A stretch of 64,000 nucleotides of DNA from an uncultured Deferribacteres bacterium. Its GTDB lineage: Bacteria; Zhuqueibacterota; JdFR-76; DREG01. The position numbers and the translations under genes were made by a program. Below, one piece after another: positions 1-11,300 of the stretch (its first letter is position 1; the number at the start of each line of letters is the position of its first letter). The notes under the pieces are model-generated. The model did not search any database. It was given only the letters and a program-made list of their open reading frames with translations, and had not been told where the DNA came from. The DNA is taken from assembly GCA_913009825.1 (NCBI GenBank), contig CAJVYQ010000005.1:25265-89264 (forward strand). The letters are read 5' to 3'.

Positions 1-239
1 GGCGTGGGAACGGTGCCGATATCGATCACATTTACACCGGTACTGGTAATCCCTTCGATGACGGCCGCTTTCAAACCGGGAGAGGTCAAACGCACATCGC
101 AACCGACAGATACCTGTTTTGCACCATGCCGTTGCACAAAAGTACCGTACGCTTTGCCAATTTCTCCCACAACTTCCACAGTTAAATCTGTAGCTACAAT
201 ACCACGGATATCGTATTCCCGAAAAATAGCAGGATTCAT
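1..239 (-). CDS. Phosphomannomutase/phosphoglucomutase, N-terminal part (continues off the window edge)
   Basis: Manual translation MNPAIFREYDIRGIVATDLTVEVVGEIGKAYG...VGCDVRLTSP...DIGTVPTP is the alpha-D-phosphohexomutase N-terminus; AGGAGG RBS at 245-250. Confidence 0.9.
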   Translation of the reverse strand, partial: MNPAIFREYDIRGIVATDLTVEVVGEIGKAYGTFVQRHGAKQVSVGCDVRLTSPGLKAAVIEGITSTGVNVIDIGTVPT

Positions 240-302
240 TCATTCCTCCTTTGATCCGTTTCAGATGATATTCAGTTTGATCTAAAATCCATTTTAAAAT
301 GA

Positions 303-1199
303 TCACACCCGGTCATTTCTTCCTACTTGCAGCACCCTTTCAATCCCGGCCAGATCCCGACGTAAATCAATAAACCTGAACCCATGTGATGCAAAAATTT
401 CTTTCACGGGATCTGCCTGTTTATGGCCGATTTCCACAAAAACGGCGCCATCTTCTTTAAGCAGCCGGGCGGCAGCGCCGGCAATTTTTTGATAATAATA
501 ACCGTTCTGCTCGCCATCCCGCAGAGCAAGATGAGGTTCATGTTTTAAAATTCCCCCGGAGAGGAATTCAAATTCATGTTCCGGAATATATGGCGGATTA
601 GAGACAATGTAATCAAATTTAGCCTGAAATACATTCACAAAATTCTCGTGAGTGAAATTACTGCGAAAAAAATGCACCCTCGCGGTACAATTATTTTCCC
701 TGCAATTCGCAGCCGCAATTCGCAAAGCCGCCGGAGAAACATCGATGGCCACAACATGAATAAAAGGCAGGTAGTGGGCAAGGCTCACGGCAATGTTGCC
801 GGAACCGGTGCCAATATCCAAAATCCATTTTTTTCCCCCGGTCCGGCAAGTCTCAATCACCCACTCAACTAAAGTCTCCGTATCCGGGCGCGGGATTAAA
901 ACAGCGGGCGTTACTTTGAAAGGAAGCGACATGAATTCGGTTTTACCAAGAATATATTGCATCGGTTCATCTGTCAGACGACGACGAACCAAATTTCTGT
1001 AAGTGGTTAATTCAACCTCGTTCAGGGGACGATCATAATTCAAATAAAGCCGGACTCTGTCCATTTGCAGTGTATGTGCCAACAACAATTCGGCATTAAG
1101 GCGAGCATTTTCAATTTGATGTTTTTTAAACAATTCGACCGATGTTTTTATGAGTTCGGCCAAACGCCAATGCTTTGATTTCATTTCATTTTGATTCAA
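303..1199 (-). CDS. prmC: Release factor glutamine methyltransferase
   Basis: VLIPRPDTE, ILDIGTGSG and SNPPY motifs; directly downstream of prfA. Confidence 0.95.
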   Translation of the reverse strand: MNQNEMKSKHWRLAELIKTSVELFKKHQIENARLNAELLLAHTLQMDRVRLYLNYDRPLNEVELTTYRNLVRRRLTDEPMQYILGKTEFMSLPFKVTPAVLIPRPDTETLVEWVIETCRTGGKKWILDIGTGSGNIAVSLAHYLPFIHVVAIDVSPAALRIAAANCRENNCTARVHFFRSNFTHENFVNVFQAKFDYIVSNPPYIPEHEFEFLSGGILKHEPHLALRDGEQNGYYYQKIAGAAARLLKEDGAVFVEIGHKQADPVKEIFASHGFRFIDLRRDLAGIERVLQVGRNDRV

Positions 1200-1227
1200 A
1201 TAAGATTTGAAACGGCAAACATAGTAA

Positions 1228-2295
1228 TTAACCGGCCTGTTTCAACAACTCCATCTGATTAGCAATTTGCAGTGCTTCGATTAAATCATCCAGGGCACCG
1301 TCTTTAATTTGCTCCAGTTTATACAGTGTTAAATTGATCCGGTGATCGGTAACCCGGTTTTGAGGATAATTGAATGTACGAATTTTTGCGCTCCTGTCGC
1401 CGGTGCCGACCATAGCACGGCGGGCAGCGGTAATTTTGGCCATCTCTTCTTCCTGTTTTTTAGCCAAAAGGCGGGAGCGAAGAATTTTCATCGCTTTCAT
1501 CCGGTTTTTATGCTGGGATTTTTCATCCTGGCACGAAACCACAATCCCCGTAGGAATGTGAGTGAGGCGAACCGCCGATTCCACTTTGTTCACATTTTGT
1601 CCGCCCGGTCCGGAAGAACGAAACAGATCGATACGAATCTCTTTTTGATCGATATCGATATCTACTTCCTCCGCTTCAGGCAGCACAGCAACAGAAACCG
1701 CCGAAGTATGAATGCGGCCACCCGATTCGGTGGCGGGGATTCGCTGAACGCGGTGAACTCCGCCTTCAAATTTTAAATGGCTGTAAACATCATTGCCGCT
1801 GATATTGAAAATAATCTCTTTAAAACCGCCAATCCCCTGCTCATGGGCAGCCATAATTTCAATTTTCCAATTTTTTCTTTCCGCATAGCGAGAGTACATT
1901 CTGAAAAGATCCCCGGCAAACAGGCCTGCTTCATCGCCTCCGGTTCCGGCCCGGATTTCCATGATGATATTTTTCTCATCCATGGGATCCCTGGGAATCA
2001 GCATGATTTTCAACTTTTGTTCCAGATCCTCCTTCTGCTGCAAAAGTTCTTCCATCTCGGTTTCTGCCAATTCACTGAGCTCCGGATCGGAATTGTCGTC
2101 GATGATTTCCCGGTTCCCGGCGATGTTGTGTAACACATCCTTGTATTGGCGAACCAGCATAATCAGCGGCGCTAAATCGCTCTGCTCTTTGGCAAGCTGT
2201 GTGTAGCGTTCGATATTGGAAACCACATCGGGTTTCCCAAGCTCATCCTGCAGAAATTTATACCGTTCTTCAATTTCTTTTAATTTTTCAATCAT
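1228..2295 (-). CDS. prfA: Peptide chain release factor 1
   Basis: GGQ motif (SGPGGQNVN), EIRAGTGGDEA, PAT tripeptide (RIPATE). Confidence 0.97.
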   Translation of the reverse strand: MIEKLKEIEERYKFLQDELGKPDVVSNIERYTQLAKEQSDLAPLIMLVRQYKDVLHNIAGNREIIDDNSDPELSELAETEMEELLQQKEDLEQKLKIMLIPRDPMDEKNIIMEIRAGTGGDEAGLFAGDLFRMYSRYAERKNWKIEIMAAHEQGIGGFKEIIFNISGNDVYSHLKFEGGVHRVQRIPATESGGRIHTSAVSVAVLPEAEEVDIDIDQKEIRIDLFRSSGPGGQNVNKVESAVRLTHIPTGIVVSCQDEKSQHKNRMKAMKILRSRLLAKKQEEEMAKITAARRAMVGTGDRSAKIRTFNYPQNRVTDHRINLTLYKLEQIKDGALDDLIEALQIANQMELLKQAG

Positions 2296-3241
2296 GATTG
2301 TTCGTTTTAATGATTTCAGTAGGTTTGGAAAAATCCGGACTTATGGATGATTTTAATGCCGCGAATGCAACTTCTAATTGGGAATCGTCCGGCTCTTTGG
2401 TAGTGATACGCTGCAGCCAGAGACCGGGAGCTACCAGAAAGGAGGCAAATTTCCGATCGGCGTATTTTCCGGACAGACGAATAAATTCGTAAGAAATGCC
2501 GCCAATTACGGGAACAAACAACAGGCGGATGAGTCGGTCGGAGATTGTTTCCGGCCGGCCGAGAAACAGAAAAACCAGAACGCTGACAATCATCACAATC
2601 AAAAGAAAACTAGTGCCGCATCTGGGATGGAAAGTGGTGAATTTTCTGGTGTTGGACACCGTTAGTTCCAGCTTGTTTTCGAAGGTAAAAATGCTTTTAT
2701 GTTCCGCACCGTGATATTCAAAAATCCGGCGAATATCCTTCAGCATTGTAATGAAAATCAGATAGAGAAAAAATACCAACAGGCGGAAGCCACCGTCCAC
2801 TATATTGAACCAAAAACCGGATTTGATCCCCAACAGATCGGTAAGCACCAATGGCAGATAGAAAAACAGCAATAGCCCGATCCCAAACGATACAATCAAA
2901 AGCAATCCCAAACGGAAACCAGACATTTTTTTGGGTATTTCAAGTGTCTCCTCCGCCCCCGGTTTACCATTAGATTTCTCCTCTTCCATGGCAATATCAC
3001 CGGAGAAAGCGAGCGCGCGAATCCCCAAAACGATGGACTCTATTAAAACAACCGCACCACGGAATATCGGTAGATTCAAGATTTTAAAACGTTTGGTCCA
3101 TGAAATGTAACGATCCTTTTTCACTACAATATCACCGGAAAGTTTACGTACAGCAACCGACACCGCATGAGGCGATCTCATCATCACCCCTTCTATAACG
3201 GCCTGTCCTCCAACATTTATTTCTTCATTTTTTTCTTTCAT
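2288..3241 (-). CDS. DUF1385 membrane protein
   Basis: GGQAVIEGVMMR, YHGAEHK and HPRCGTSF motifs; typical rpmE-DUF1385-prfA-prmC synteny. Confidence 0.9.
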   Translation of the reverse strand: MKEKNEEINVGGQAVIEGVMMRSPHAVSVAVRKLSGDIVVKKDRYISWTKRFKILNLPIFRGAVVLIESIVLGIRALAFSGDIAMEEEKSNGKPGAEETLEIPKKMSGFRLGLLLIVSFGIGLLLFFYLPLVLTDLLGIKSGFWFNIVDGGFRLLVFFLYLIFITMLKDIRRIFEYHGAEHKSIFTFENKLELTVSNTRKFTTFHPRCGTSFLLIVMIVSVLVFLFLGRPETISDRLIRLLFVPVIGGISYEFIRLSGKYADRKFASFLVAPGLWLQRITTKEPDDSQLEVAFAALKSSISPDFSKPTEIIKTNNHD

Positions 3242-3291
3242 TTATCCTGTTCTCTTAAAAAACCCACATCGTAAGTATATTTGCAACAAAT

Positions 3292-3335
3292 AAAAAACGG
3301 AATGCACGCGTCCGGAGACGTAATGATTCCGTTTA
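3292..3335 (-). terminator. Possible intrinsic terminator after rpmE
   Basis: aaacggaat...attccgttt imperfect inverted repeat followed by a T-run on the minus strand. Confidence 0.4.
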
Positions 3336-3355
3336 AAAATTTTACATTAAAAAGG

Positions 3356-3574
3356 CTAATTCTGGGCAGTGTTACTTTGCATTTTGTATTTACGTCTGAA
3401 TTTTTCAACCCGGCCGGCCGTGTCTACCAATTTTTGCTTCCCGGTAAAAAATGGATGACAACTGGAACAAATATCCAGTTTGATATCCCCAATGGTAGAT
3501 TTGGTCACAAAGCTGTTGCCACAGGCACAAGTTACCGTCGCCATCTTATATTTAGGATGAATTCCCTTCTTCAA
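3356..3574 (-). CDS. rpmE: 50S ribosomal protein L31 (zinc-binding type)
   Basis: [23 protein letters not shown]; TTG start with RBS. Confidence 0.97.
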   Translation of the reverse strand: MKKGIHPKYKMATVTCACGNSFVTKSTIGDIKLDICSSCHPFFTGKQKLVDTAGRVEKFRRKYKMQSNTAQN

Positions 3575-3662
3575 CGTTCATCTCCTCTTTGAACTCACAA
3601 TTCTTCTCTAAATTTACAAATTATAAATGTAATCCAAAAATCTTCTAATTGCAAGCCATATT

Positions 3663-4910
3663 TTACATACTCATGGATTCCAGAAAATCCTTATTGGTTT
3701 TAGTTCTTTTAATTCGGCTCAGTAAAAATTCCATTGCTTCAACGGAATTGAATTCGCTGAAAAATTTTCTCAGAATCCAAACCCGGTTCAACATCAGTTT
3801 ATCAAGCAACAATTCTTCCTTTCTGGTACCGGAACGGGTAATATCGATAGCCGGAAAAATCCGCCGGTCGGACAGGTTGCGATCCAGCACAATTTCCAGG
3901 TTTCCGGTTCCCTTAAACTCTTCAAAAATAACCTCATCCATACGGCTGCCGGTGTCGATCAAAGCTGTGGCGATAATGGTCAGGCTACCGCCCTCTTCCA
4001 CATTCCTTGCGGCGCCGAAAAATCGCTTGGGCCATTGCAGGGCATTGGCATCTACACCACCGGAAAGAATTTTACCGGAATGGGGAATTACTGCATTATT
4101 GGCCCGGGCCAGCCGGGTGAGGCTATCCAGCAAAATTACCACATCTCTGCCGTACTCCACCAGCCGCTTTGACTTTTCCAATACCATATTGGCTACATGA
4201 ACATGCTGCTCTGCCGGTGAATCAAACGTAGAACTGATTACCTCCGCTTCCACCGAGCGTTTCATGTCAGTCACTTCCTCCGGTCGTTCATCGATGAGCA
4301 GAACAATAAGATGCACTTCCGGATGATTACGCGTGATGGCATTAGCGATGGATTGCAAGATTGTTGTTTTTCCCGTTTTCGGCTGTGCCACAATCATCCC
4401 ACGCTGTCCTTTGCCTACCGGAGTTAACATATCCATAATCCGGGTAGAATATTCATTGCTCATATATTCCAGTTGGAGTTTCTCTTCAGGGTAAAGTGGC
4501 GTCAGATTGTCAAAAATGATCTTATTCTTGGCATCATCGGGATTTTCGTAGTTCACCGCTTCCACTTTGAGTAAAGCAAAAAATCGTTCATTTTCCTTGG
4601 GGGGCCGGATCTGGCCTGACACCACATCACCGATTCTCAGACTGAACCGTTTAATTTGCGAAGGCGACACATAAATATCGTCCGGACCCGGCAGAAAGTT
4701 GTAGTCCGCTGCGCGTAAAAATCCATACCCATCCGGTAATACTTCCAGAGCACCTTCGGCAAAAATAAGTCCTTCTTTCTTGGTTTGTTCTTCTACTATT
4801 CTGAAGATCAACTCCTGCTTGGACATACTTGCGAAATTATAAATACTATTTTCCTGAGCTAATTTTGTAAGTTCCGGAATCTTCAGCGTTTTCAAATCGT
4901 TAATTTCCAT
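3663..4910 (-). CDS. rho: Transcription termination factor Rho
   Basis: [38 protein letters not shown]. Confidence 0.98.
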   Translation of the reverse strand: MEINDLKTLKIPELTKLAQENSIYNFASMSKQELIFRIVEEQTKKEGLIFAEGALEVLPDGYGFLRAADYNFLPGPDDIYVSPSQIKRFSLRIGDVVSGQIRPPKENERFFALLKVEAVNYENPDDAKNKIIFDNLTPLYPEEKLQLEYMSNEYSTRIMDMLTPVGKGQRGMIVAQPKTGKTTILQSIANAITRNHPEVHLIVLLIDERPEEVTDMKRSVEAEVISSTFDSPAEQHVHVANMVLEKSKRLVEYGRDVVILLDSLTRLARANNAVIPHSGKILSGGVDANALQWPKRFFGAARNVEEGGSLTIIATALIDTGSRMDEVIFEEFKGTGNLEIVLDRNLSDRRIFPAIDITRSGTRKEELLLDKLMLNRVWILRKFFSEFNSVEAMEFLLSRIKRTKTNKDFLESMSM

Positions 4911-4984
4911 TGTTATTCCCTCAAATTATTTTGTTAAATGGATCAACCATCTCTTATATTTATCGGCAAAAAACTGAATTATTA

Positions 4985-5176
4985 ATAACTATTCAGGTAT
5001 GCGAATTGTTTTTTAAACAGGAAGCATTCGACTGAGTTTCCCTGAGCGTGTCGAAGTGTTCAATCTGACTTTAAGAGCCATGCTGAACGCCTGTCCGCTG
5101 CGGGCAGACCCGCCTGCAGTAAGCAGGGAATCGAAGCGTGATTTAGGTAAATATTTAGAGCATCCCTTAATATTTA
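4985..5176. mobile_element. Degenerate MITE of the GTAACTAYTCAG family carrying two tandem 19-bp mini-palindromes
   Basis: Starts ataactattcaggtatgc; body aligns by eye with copies at 40638, 46775 and 53688. Confidence 0.6.
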
Positions 5177-5326
5177 CCTAAATTGAGCGATTCTTAGCTT
5201 AAAACAACCACCCAAAGATTTTTGTCATTCTGCCTGCCCAACCGCAGGCGGGAAAGAATCTTGTTAGTTCTGTGCACTAAACCAACAAAATTCCTACGGA
5301 ATGACATTAGAATCGCTCAATTTAGG
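5177..5326. mobile_element. MITE with CCTAAATTGAGCGATTCT terminal inverted repeats
   Basis: TIRs at both ends; 5-bp TSD ATTTA (5172-5176 / 5327-5331); related ends at 28049-28165, ~47825-47842 and ~52372-52387. Confidence 0.75.
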
Positions 5327-5377
5327 ATTTAGTAACATTTACAATTTTCCCTTGTATTTCCCAATCATTCGCAACAA

Positions 5378-6478
5378 TTATACAATTCTATTTTCCGTAT
5401 CACTATCAAACAGATGCATTTTACTCAGATCAAAAATCAGGTCAATCTGACTTCCGCTTTTGGGCAGGGAATCTGCAGTTAATCGGGCAATAATATTATG
5501 TGCTCCTGTTTTAAGATAAATGTATACTTCATTCCCCATCGGTTCGACAACTTCCACCTCATTTCGCAATGATAGCTTCTCAGTCACTCCAAACGCCTTT
5601 TCCGGTAAATAAATATCTTCCGGGCGTATTCCTAAAAACACCTGTTTGCCGACATACACAGATATTTTTTCCTGATACTTTTCAGGAACCGGAATTTCTA
5701 TCTTGCCATCCATCAGTTTAAATTTGCCATTTTTCGCCACCCGGCAAGTTAAAAAATTCATTGCCGGCGAACCGATAAAACCGGCGACAAATTTATTAAC
5801 CGGGTGATGATACAAATTAAGCGGCGTATCGAGCTGGTGAACTTTCCCGTCTTTCATCACCACAATACGGTCTCCCATGGTCATTGCTTCAACCTGATCA
5901 TGGGTCACGTAAATCATGGTCGATTTCAACTGCTGATGTAATTTACTAATCTCGGCGCGCATCTGCACACGCAGCTTTGCATCCAGGTTGGACAACGGTT
6001 CATCGAACAGAAAAACCTTGGGCCTGCGCACGATGGCACGCCCCACGGCAACCCGCTGACGCTGCCCGCCGGAGAGTACTTTCGGCTTTCTTTTAAGTAA
6101 ACCGGTGATACTCAAAATTTCAGCTGTTTCTTCTACACGCTGCCGAATTTTGTCTTTCGGATATTTTCGCAATTTCAAACCGAAAGCCATATTGTCATAA
6201 ATCGTCATGTGGGGGTATAGCGCGTAATTTTGGAACACCATGGCAATGTCTCTGTCCTTTGGCGGCACATCATTAACCAAACGACCATCGATATATATTT
6301 CCCCCGCACTAATTTCCTCCAGGCCGGCAATCATCCGCAATGTAGTTGACTTGCCACATCCGGAAGGCCCCACTAAAACGATAAATTCTTTATCCTTAAC
6401 CGTTACGTTTACACTATCAACCGCAACAATATTCTTGTCGAACAATTTGGAAACTTTTTTTAGTACAACTTCGGCCAT
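5378..6478 (-). CDS. Carbohydrate ABC transporter ATP-binding protein (MalK/UgpC/MsmX family), stand-alone
   Basis: GPSGCGKST, VFQNYALYPHM, LSGGQRQRVA, DEPLSNLDAKLR, C-terminal TOBE region; no permease adjacent. Confidence 0.93.
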   Translation of the reverse strand: MAEVVLKKVSKLFDKNIVAVDSVNVTVKDKEFIVLVGPSGCGKSTTLRMIAGLEEISAGEIYIDGRLVNDVPPKDRDIAMVFQNYALYPHMTIYDNMAFGLKLRKYPKDKIRQRVEETAEILSITGLLKRKPKVLSGGQRQRVAVGRAIVRRPKVFLFDEPLSNLDAKLRVQMRAEISKLHQQLKSTMIYVTHDQVEAMTMGDRIVVMKDGKVHQLDTPLNLYHHPVNKFVAGFIGSPAMNFLTCRVAKNGKFKLMDGKIEIPVPEKYQEKISVYVGKQVFLGIRPEDIYLPEKAFGVTEKLSLRNEVEVVEPMGNEVYIYLKTGAHNIIARLTADSLPKSGSQIDLIFDLSKMHLFDSDTENRIV

Positions 6479-6703
6479 CTTCTTCTCCGGTTAAATAAGC
6501 AGCAAACGAAACACGAACCCCAACACTGTAGCATTTATTCAGGAAATAAAAATATGGTTTAAATGAAATTGACTCTTGCCTCGGTGGATTTATAAAACAG
6601 TGAGGGAAACAGAATGCGGACAAAAAATTAAAAGCCCACAACTCATATCAAAGCAACAACTTATACAGCGACAAAATAAAAATATAAAAAAATTCTCCCT
6701 TTG

Positions 6704-7987
6704 TCAAGGATTTTTATAATAATTGATAACTTCTCCGGCAACAAAATGAGAACCGATGATACAAATCAAATCTTCCGGCCCCGCCAATCTCTGCGCTTTT
6801 TTTAAACCGTCGATGATGGAATTCCCGGCAACCACCCTTTTCCCCATCTTTGCAATCTGTTCCCGCAGTTCACCGGCAGGCAGCGCCCGCTCATCATTTG
6901 GCGTAACCGCTATATAGAAATCCACAAAAGGATTCATCGTCCGCAGCATTTTGCTGAAATCTTTATCTTTCAAAACACCAAACACACAAAATAATTTCTG
7001 ATGCAAAAATATTCTGTCTACTTCTTTTATGGTTACGGAAATCCCCTGATCATTGTGCGCCACATCCACCACCACAGTTGGTTTCTCCTGTAGTACTTGC
7101 ATCCTTCCGTTCCATTTCACCCTTTCAAGTCCGGCGTAAACCGCCTTTCTTTTTACGGGCAAAATGTTGTCGTGCAGGGTTTCCACAGCGCGAACAGCGG
7201 TTACAGCATTTTGAACCTGGTGTTTCCCCAACAAGGACAATTGCATTTTCGGCCAGTGATTTTGAGGTGTAGTAAGATCGAAATAACAGGCTCTCGGGGT
7301 ACAATCCGGATTTTCTATCTTCATCCCGGCAGAAGCATCGATAAATTCCGCATCTCTCTCCCGGCAAACCAAGGCAAATAGTTCCTGCACTTTCCGGTCA
7401 CTGGCGTTAGACAACACCGGAACTCCCGGTTTGATAATACCGGCTTTTTCCTGCGCAATCTGTAAAAACGTGGCTCCCAACTGCTTAACATGATCAATAT
7501 CTATTTCCGTGATCACCGAGAGCTTAGGGTGCAGAACGTTGGTGGCATCCAGCCGCCCCCCCAACCCGGTTTCAACAATGGCGATGTCCACTTTTTCATC
7601 CCGGAAATGAGCAAAAGCGGTGGCGGTTAAAATTTCAAAAAAGGAACAACCGTGTTTTTGGATTGTGGAATAGAGGAATTCTATTTTTTCGCGAAATACG
7701 TCCAGCGGCACAAATTGCCCATCGATGCGGATCCGTTCCCGGACATCGATCAAATGAGGCGACGTGTTCAACCCCGTTTTATACCCCGCCGCCATGTAGA
7801 TCGCTTCTAAAAGCGCGCTGGTTGAACCCTTGCCGTTGGTGCCGGCAACATGAATCGAGGCATAACTTTCTTCCGGGTGTCCAAATACACTCAGCAGATG
7901 CCTGATATTGTCCAGTCCCAATTTAATTTTTATTCTCTTTCGGGAGAATAAAAATTCGATCATTTCTTTATTCGAAGAAAATTTCAC
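6704..7987 (-). CDS. folC: Folylpolyglutamate synthase/dihydrofolate synthase
   Basis: HVAGTNGKGST, TSPHL, ETGLGGRLDATN, DVAHN. Confidence 0.95.
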   Translation of the reverse strand: MKFSSNKEMIEFLFSRKRIKIKLGLDNIRHLLSVFGHPEESYASIHVAGTNGKGSTSALLEAIYMAAGYKTGLNTSPHLIDVRERIRIDGQFVPLDVFREKIEFLYSTIQKHGCSFFEILTATAFAHFRDEKVDIAIVETGLGGRLDATNVLHPKLSVITEIDIDHVKQLGATFLQIAQEKAGIIKPGVPVLSNASDRKVQELFALVCRERDAEFIDASAGMKIENPDCTPRACYFDLTTPQNHWPKMQLSLLGKHQVQNAVTAVRAVETLHDNILPVKRKAVYAGLERVKWNGRMQVLQEKPTVVVDVAHNDQGISVTIKEVDRIFLHQKLFCVFGVLKDKDFSKMLRTMNPFVDFYIAVTPNDERALPAGELREQIAKMGKRVVAGNSIIDGLKKAQRLAGPEDLICIIGSHFVAGEVINYYKNP

Positions 7988-8044
7988 GCAGCTCTTTTAC
8001 CTTATAAATGCCAAGGATAATCGGATCAATTATACTGGTTTTTT

Positions 8045-8100
8045 GTAACTACTCAGGTATGCTCATTTTTGAGGTGCAGGAAGACAACCTGAGTAGTTAC
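8045..8100. mobile_element. 56-bp minimal MITE (GTAACTACTCAGG...CCTGAGTAGTTAC)
   Basis: Perfect TIR; 8-bp TSD GGTTTTTT (8037-8044 / 8101-8108). Confidence 0.8.
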
Positions 8101-8386
8101 GGTTTTTTACAAAATGGTTGTTCCGCTTGCCTGCAGATTTTATCACACCGCCGGAAGGTTTTCACTCCGTAATGGCCGGAAAATAAATTTAGGACTTTTT
8201 TTAGGAAAAACAATATTTTTTATACGTAATCAACAGTTTGGAAATAAAAAAAGCGCCTGTGCAAAAGTAAGCTTATTCTTTGCAACATGCGCTTTGCTAT
8301 AAAAAAAAGGAAATAGTTACCGGGTCGCTGCCCAATTTACCCAATTCCGGGCGGGCGGAATCAGGTAAATTTCGGACAGTTTTTGC

Positions 8387-11300
8387 TTAATTCACAATCA
8401 TCAATTTGCGCAACTGTGTGAAATTGGGCGCAGTCATTTTGATAAAATACAACCCATTCCCCACAGTTACACCGTTCCGGTCTCTCCCCGTCCACTGCAG
8501 TTGATGTTGCCCTGCCTGCATCTCACGGTCGATGAGCCGCGCAATCTCCTGTCCCAGCAAATTGTAGATTGAAATGGTGACATGGGCAGCTTTCGGAATC
8601 TGAAACGCCACAGTAGTTATATTTGCTATGCGTAAATTAAAGGGGTTCGGATAATTTTGCAATAGCGAAAATGTTTTCGGCTGCGTTTTTTGTGCTTTAT
8701 CTACAGCGGAAAATTTGGAAAATTGTATTTCCACCGTATCTCCCGGAGCAGCATATAGCGGTTGTGGACTGATTAAATTGTACTCTGCCTGTGTGAATCG
8801 ATCGAAATCTTCCCCATCGACTCTCACTTCATATTGACCTGCAATTTGGGAGACGTGAATCGCAAAAAATCCGCTTGCATCCGTAAATGCACCGGCACGT
8901 CCGGTGGTGTCATTTTCTGCACTTATACGACGATGGCCGACAATGGGGTCGCCATCTGCGCTAATCCGGCCGTATATGAAAGCATCCGTTTCATAAACGA
9001 CAAAATTTGCCAGCAGGGTGTCTTCATTCGCAGGCCAGCAAATTTCTTGCTGAACCGGTTTCATATATTGCCTTTCAAATTGATCCGACCGGATTCCCAC
9101 ATCCCAGCAGCCTGCATCCCGGGGCAAAAATCCTACGAAATAAGTTCCCAGCGTATCAGCTAACCAACCTTCGCGCTGAAAATGGAGCGGTTCGTTCCAA
9201 GCGTAAGGATTAAAGCTGCCGCGAAACGGCACGCCATTTTGATCGACAACTGTACCGGTTACAACCCATCGAGGTGACTGCAACATAAAATCAACGGGGC
9301 CATGATTTCCGGTAATCTGAAAAACCGTGTCCCGCGGTATGGGGATAAATCCCTTCGCCGTTTCTTTGTCAATGCTGACACGCCACGGATTGGGAACTCC
9401 GGCGGCGGAACTATCCAGATCGACGACATAATTTCCTGAACTATCCGTCATTGCCTGCCAGAAAACCGGTAACTGTGACGGCACTTGCGGTTCCGCCTGA
9501 ATCAGCACCCAGGGCACACCTGTTCCGTTTTCGCCGGTCACACGGCCAAATACGGAAAACGCCGGATTTAGCAGCGGTAACACCTGAAAATCCACAGTAT
9601 CGGCCAGACCTGCCTGAAAAACCCGCATAAAATAACGACCGGGAGCCAGGCCGTTTTTCATACTCACCCAAACCCGGCCATTTACCAGACCGTCCATATC
9701 CGGAGGACCGTTGCCTTCCGGTTGTCCATCCGTTTGAGTAAATTGAATCAGGGAAAAATCAATTGCAGGATCCAAAACCGAATTGGTGTCCGTATCGACC
9801 CAGATTTCCATATTGGCCGTACTGCCAACCGGGAGATTGAATTGCCACGTGAATGGCTCTCCCTGCCGGGCCTGCACGTTGGCCGCCAGTCCGTTGATTA
9901 GCAGATTGCCAAACTCAACCGGTTCATCGGAAAAAATGATAGAAACCGTATCGCCCGCACCGGCTGTAACCGGATTTTGTGAACTCAAATATAATCCCGC
10001 TTGAAGAAAGGAATCATACGCCTCGGGCTGCAACCGGATTTCATAAGTCCCTCCCACTGAAGATACCGGAATGGTAAAGAAACCCACTGAATCCGTCCGG
10101 CCATACGACCGGCCGGTTGTATCATTCATCGCGATCACTCCCATATCGCCAACAATTGGATTTCCGCCGGCTATCAATTGCCCCCAAATCGTACCATCTA
10201 CGGTGAAAGCATGAAAATTAAGAAACACAGAATCACTGCCGGCGGACAGGTTCACAAACATTGACGGCGGTTCCATGTAGGTACTCCATTCCTCACCGAC
10301 CACACGAAATTCCCAGTGTCCGTAGTCATCGGGCGTAAAGTTGAAAGCAAAACTGCCATCCGGATTTAACGGTTGACGATACCGAATCTGCCGTGCATCA
10401 TTCCAGACGTCCACCAGAAAATTTCCAGCCAGAGGCGCATTGTTTTGATCTGCAACCAATCCGTAAACGACAACCTTTCCGGAAGTTTGCCGGAATATGA
10501 TCGGCCCGTGATCACCGGTTATGTTAAGCATAGTGTCCGGCGGCTCAAAAAACAGATTCTGTTCATGTGAATCCACAAAAACCCACCAGGGGTTCATGGT
10601 AAATCCGGCCGAACTGTCTATATGAAAAACAAAATTCCCCTGGTCATCCGTAATGGCAAGCCAGAAATTGGGCAGGACCTGCATGTCATTATTTTGCATT
10701 CGCACAACAGCCCCGGGAATTCTGTTGTTATCGCCATCCAATACCTGGCCAAAAACGGAATATACCGGGTTTACCATCGGCAGCACCTCAAGATCCGCCA
10801 TATCAGGCGAATCGTAAACAAAAACCTGCATGAAATAAAATCCGGGTGCCAAACCGTGGGGAATTTGTGTGAAAATTTCGCCATTGGCGGCGCCATCCAT
10901 ATCCGGAAGGCTGTCCAATCCCATGCCGTTATCCTGCTGTTCAAAATTGAGAACCTGCAAATCGAACTGAGGATTAAAAATGCGGTTTCCGTCCCGATCC
11001 AGCCAGATTTCAACGTGGGCAGTGCCGGAAACGGGAAGAGAATAATGCCAATTTACAATTTCTCCCGGCGTAGTCTGCGCGCCTGTGCGCATACCATTAA
11101 TGGTTAAGTCTCCACCCGGAGGGGGTTCATTTGAAAAAGTCAAAGTAACCGTATCTCCCGGTGCAGCCTGAACCGGATAGGGCTGAACCGGAGAAAAACC
11201 CGCCTGGCGGAATAATTCTTCACCATCCCCCTCAAGATGTACATCATAAACAGAGCCCGACGAAGAGACCGGAATCACAAAATAACCGCTTGCATCAGTT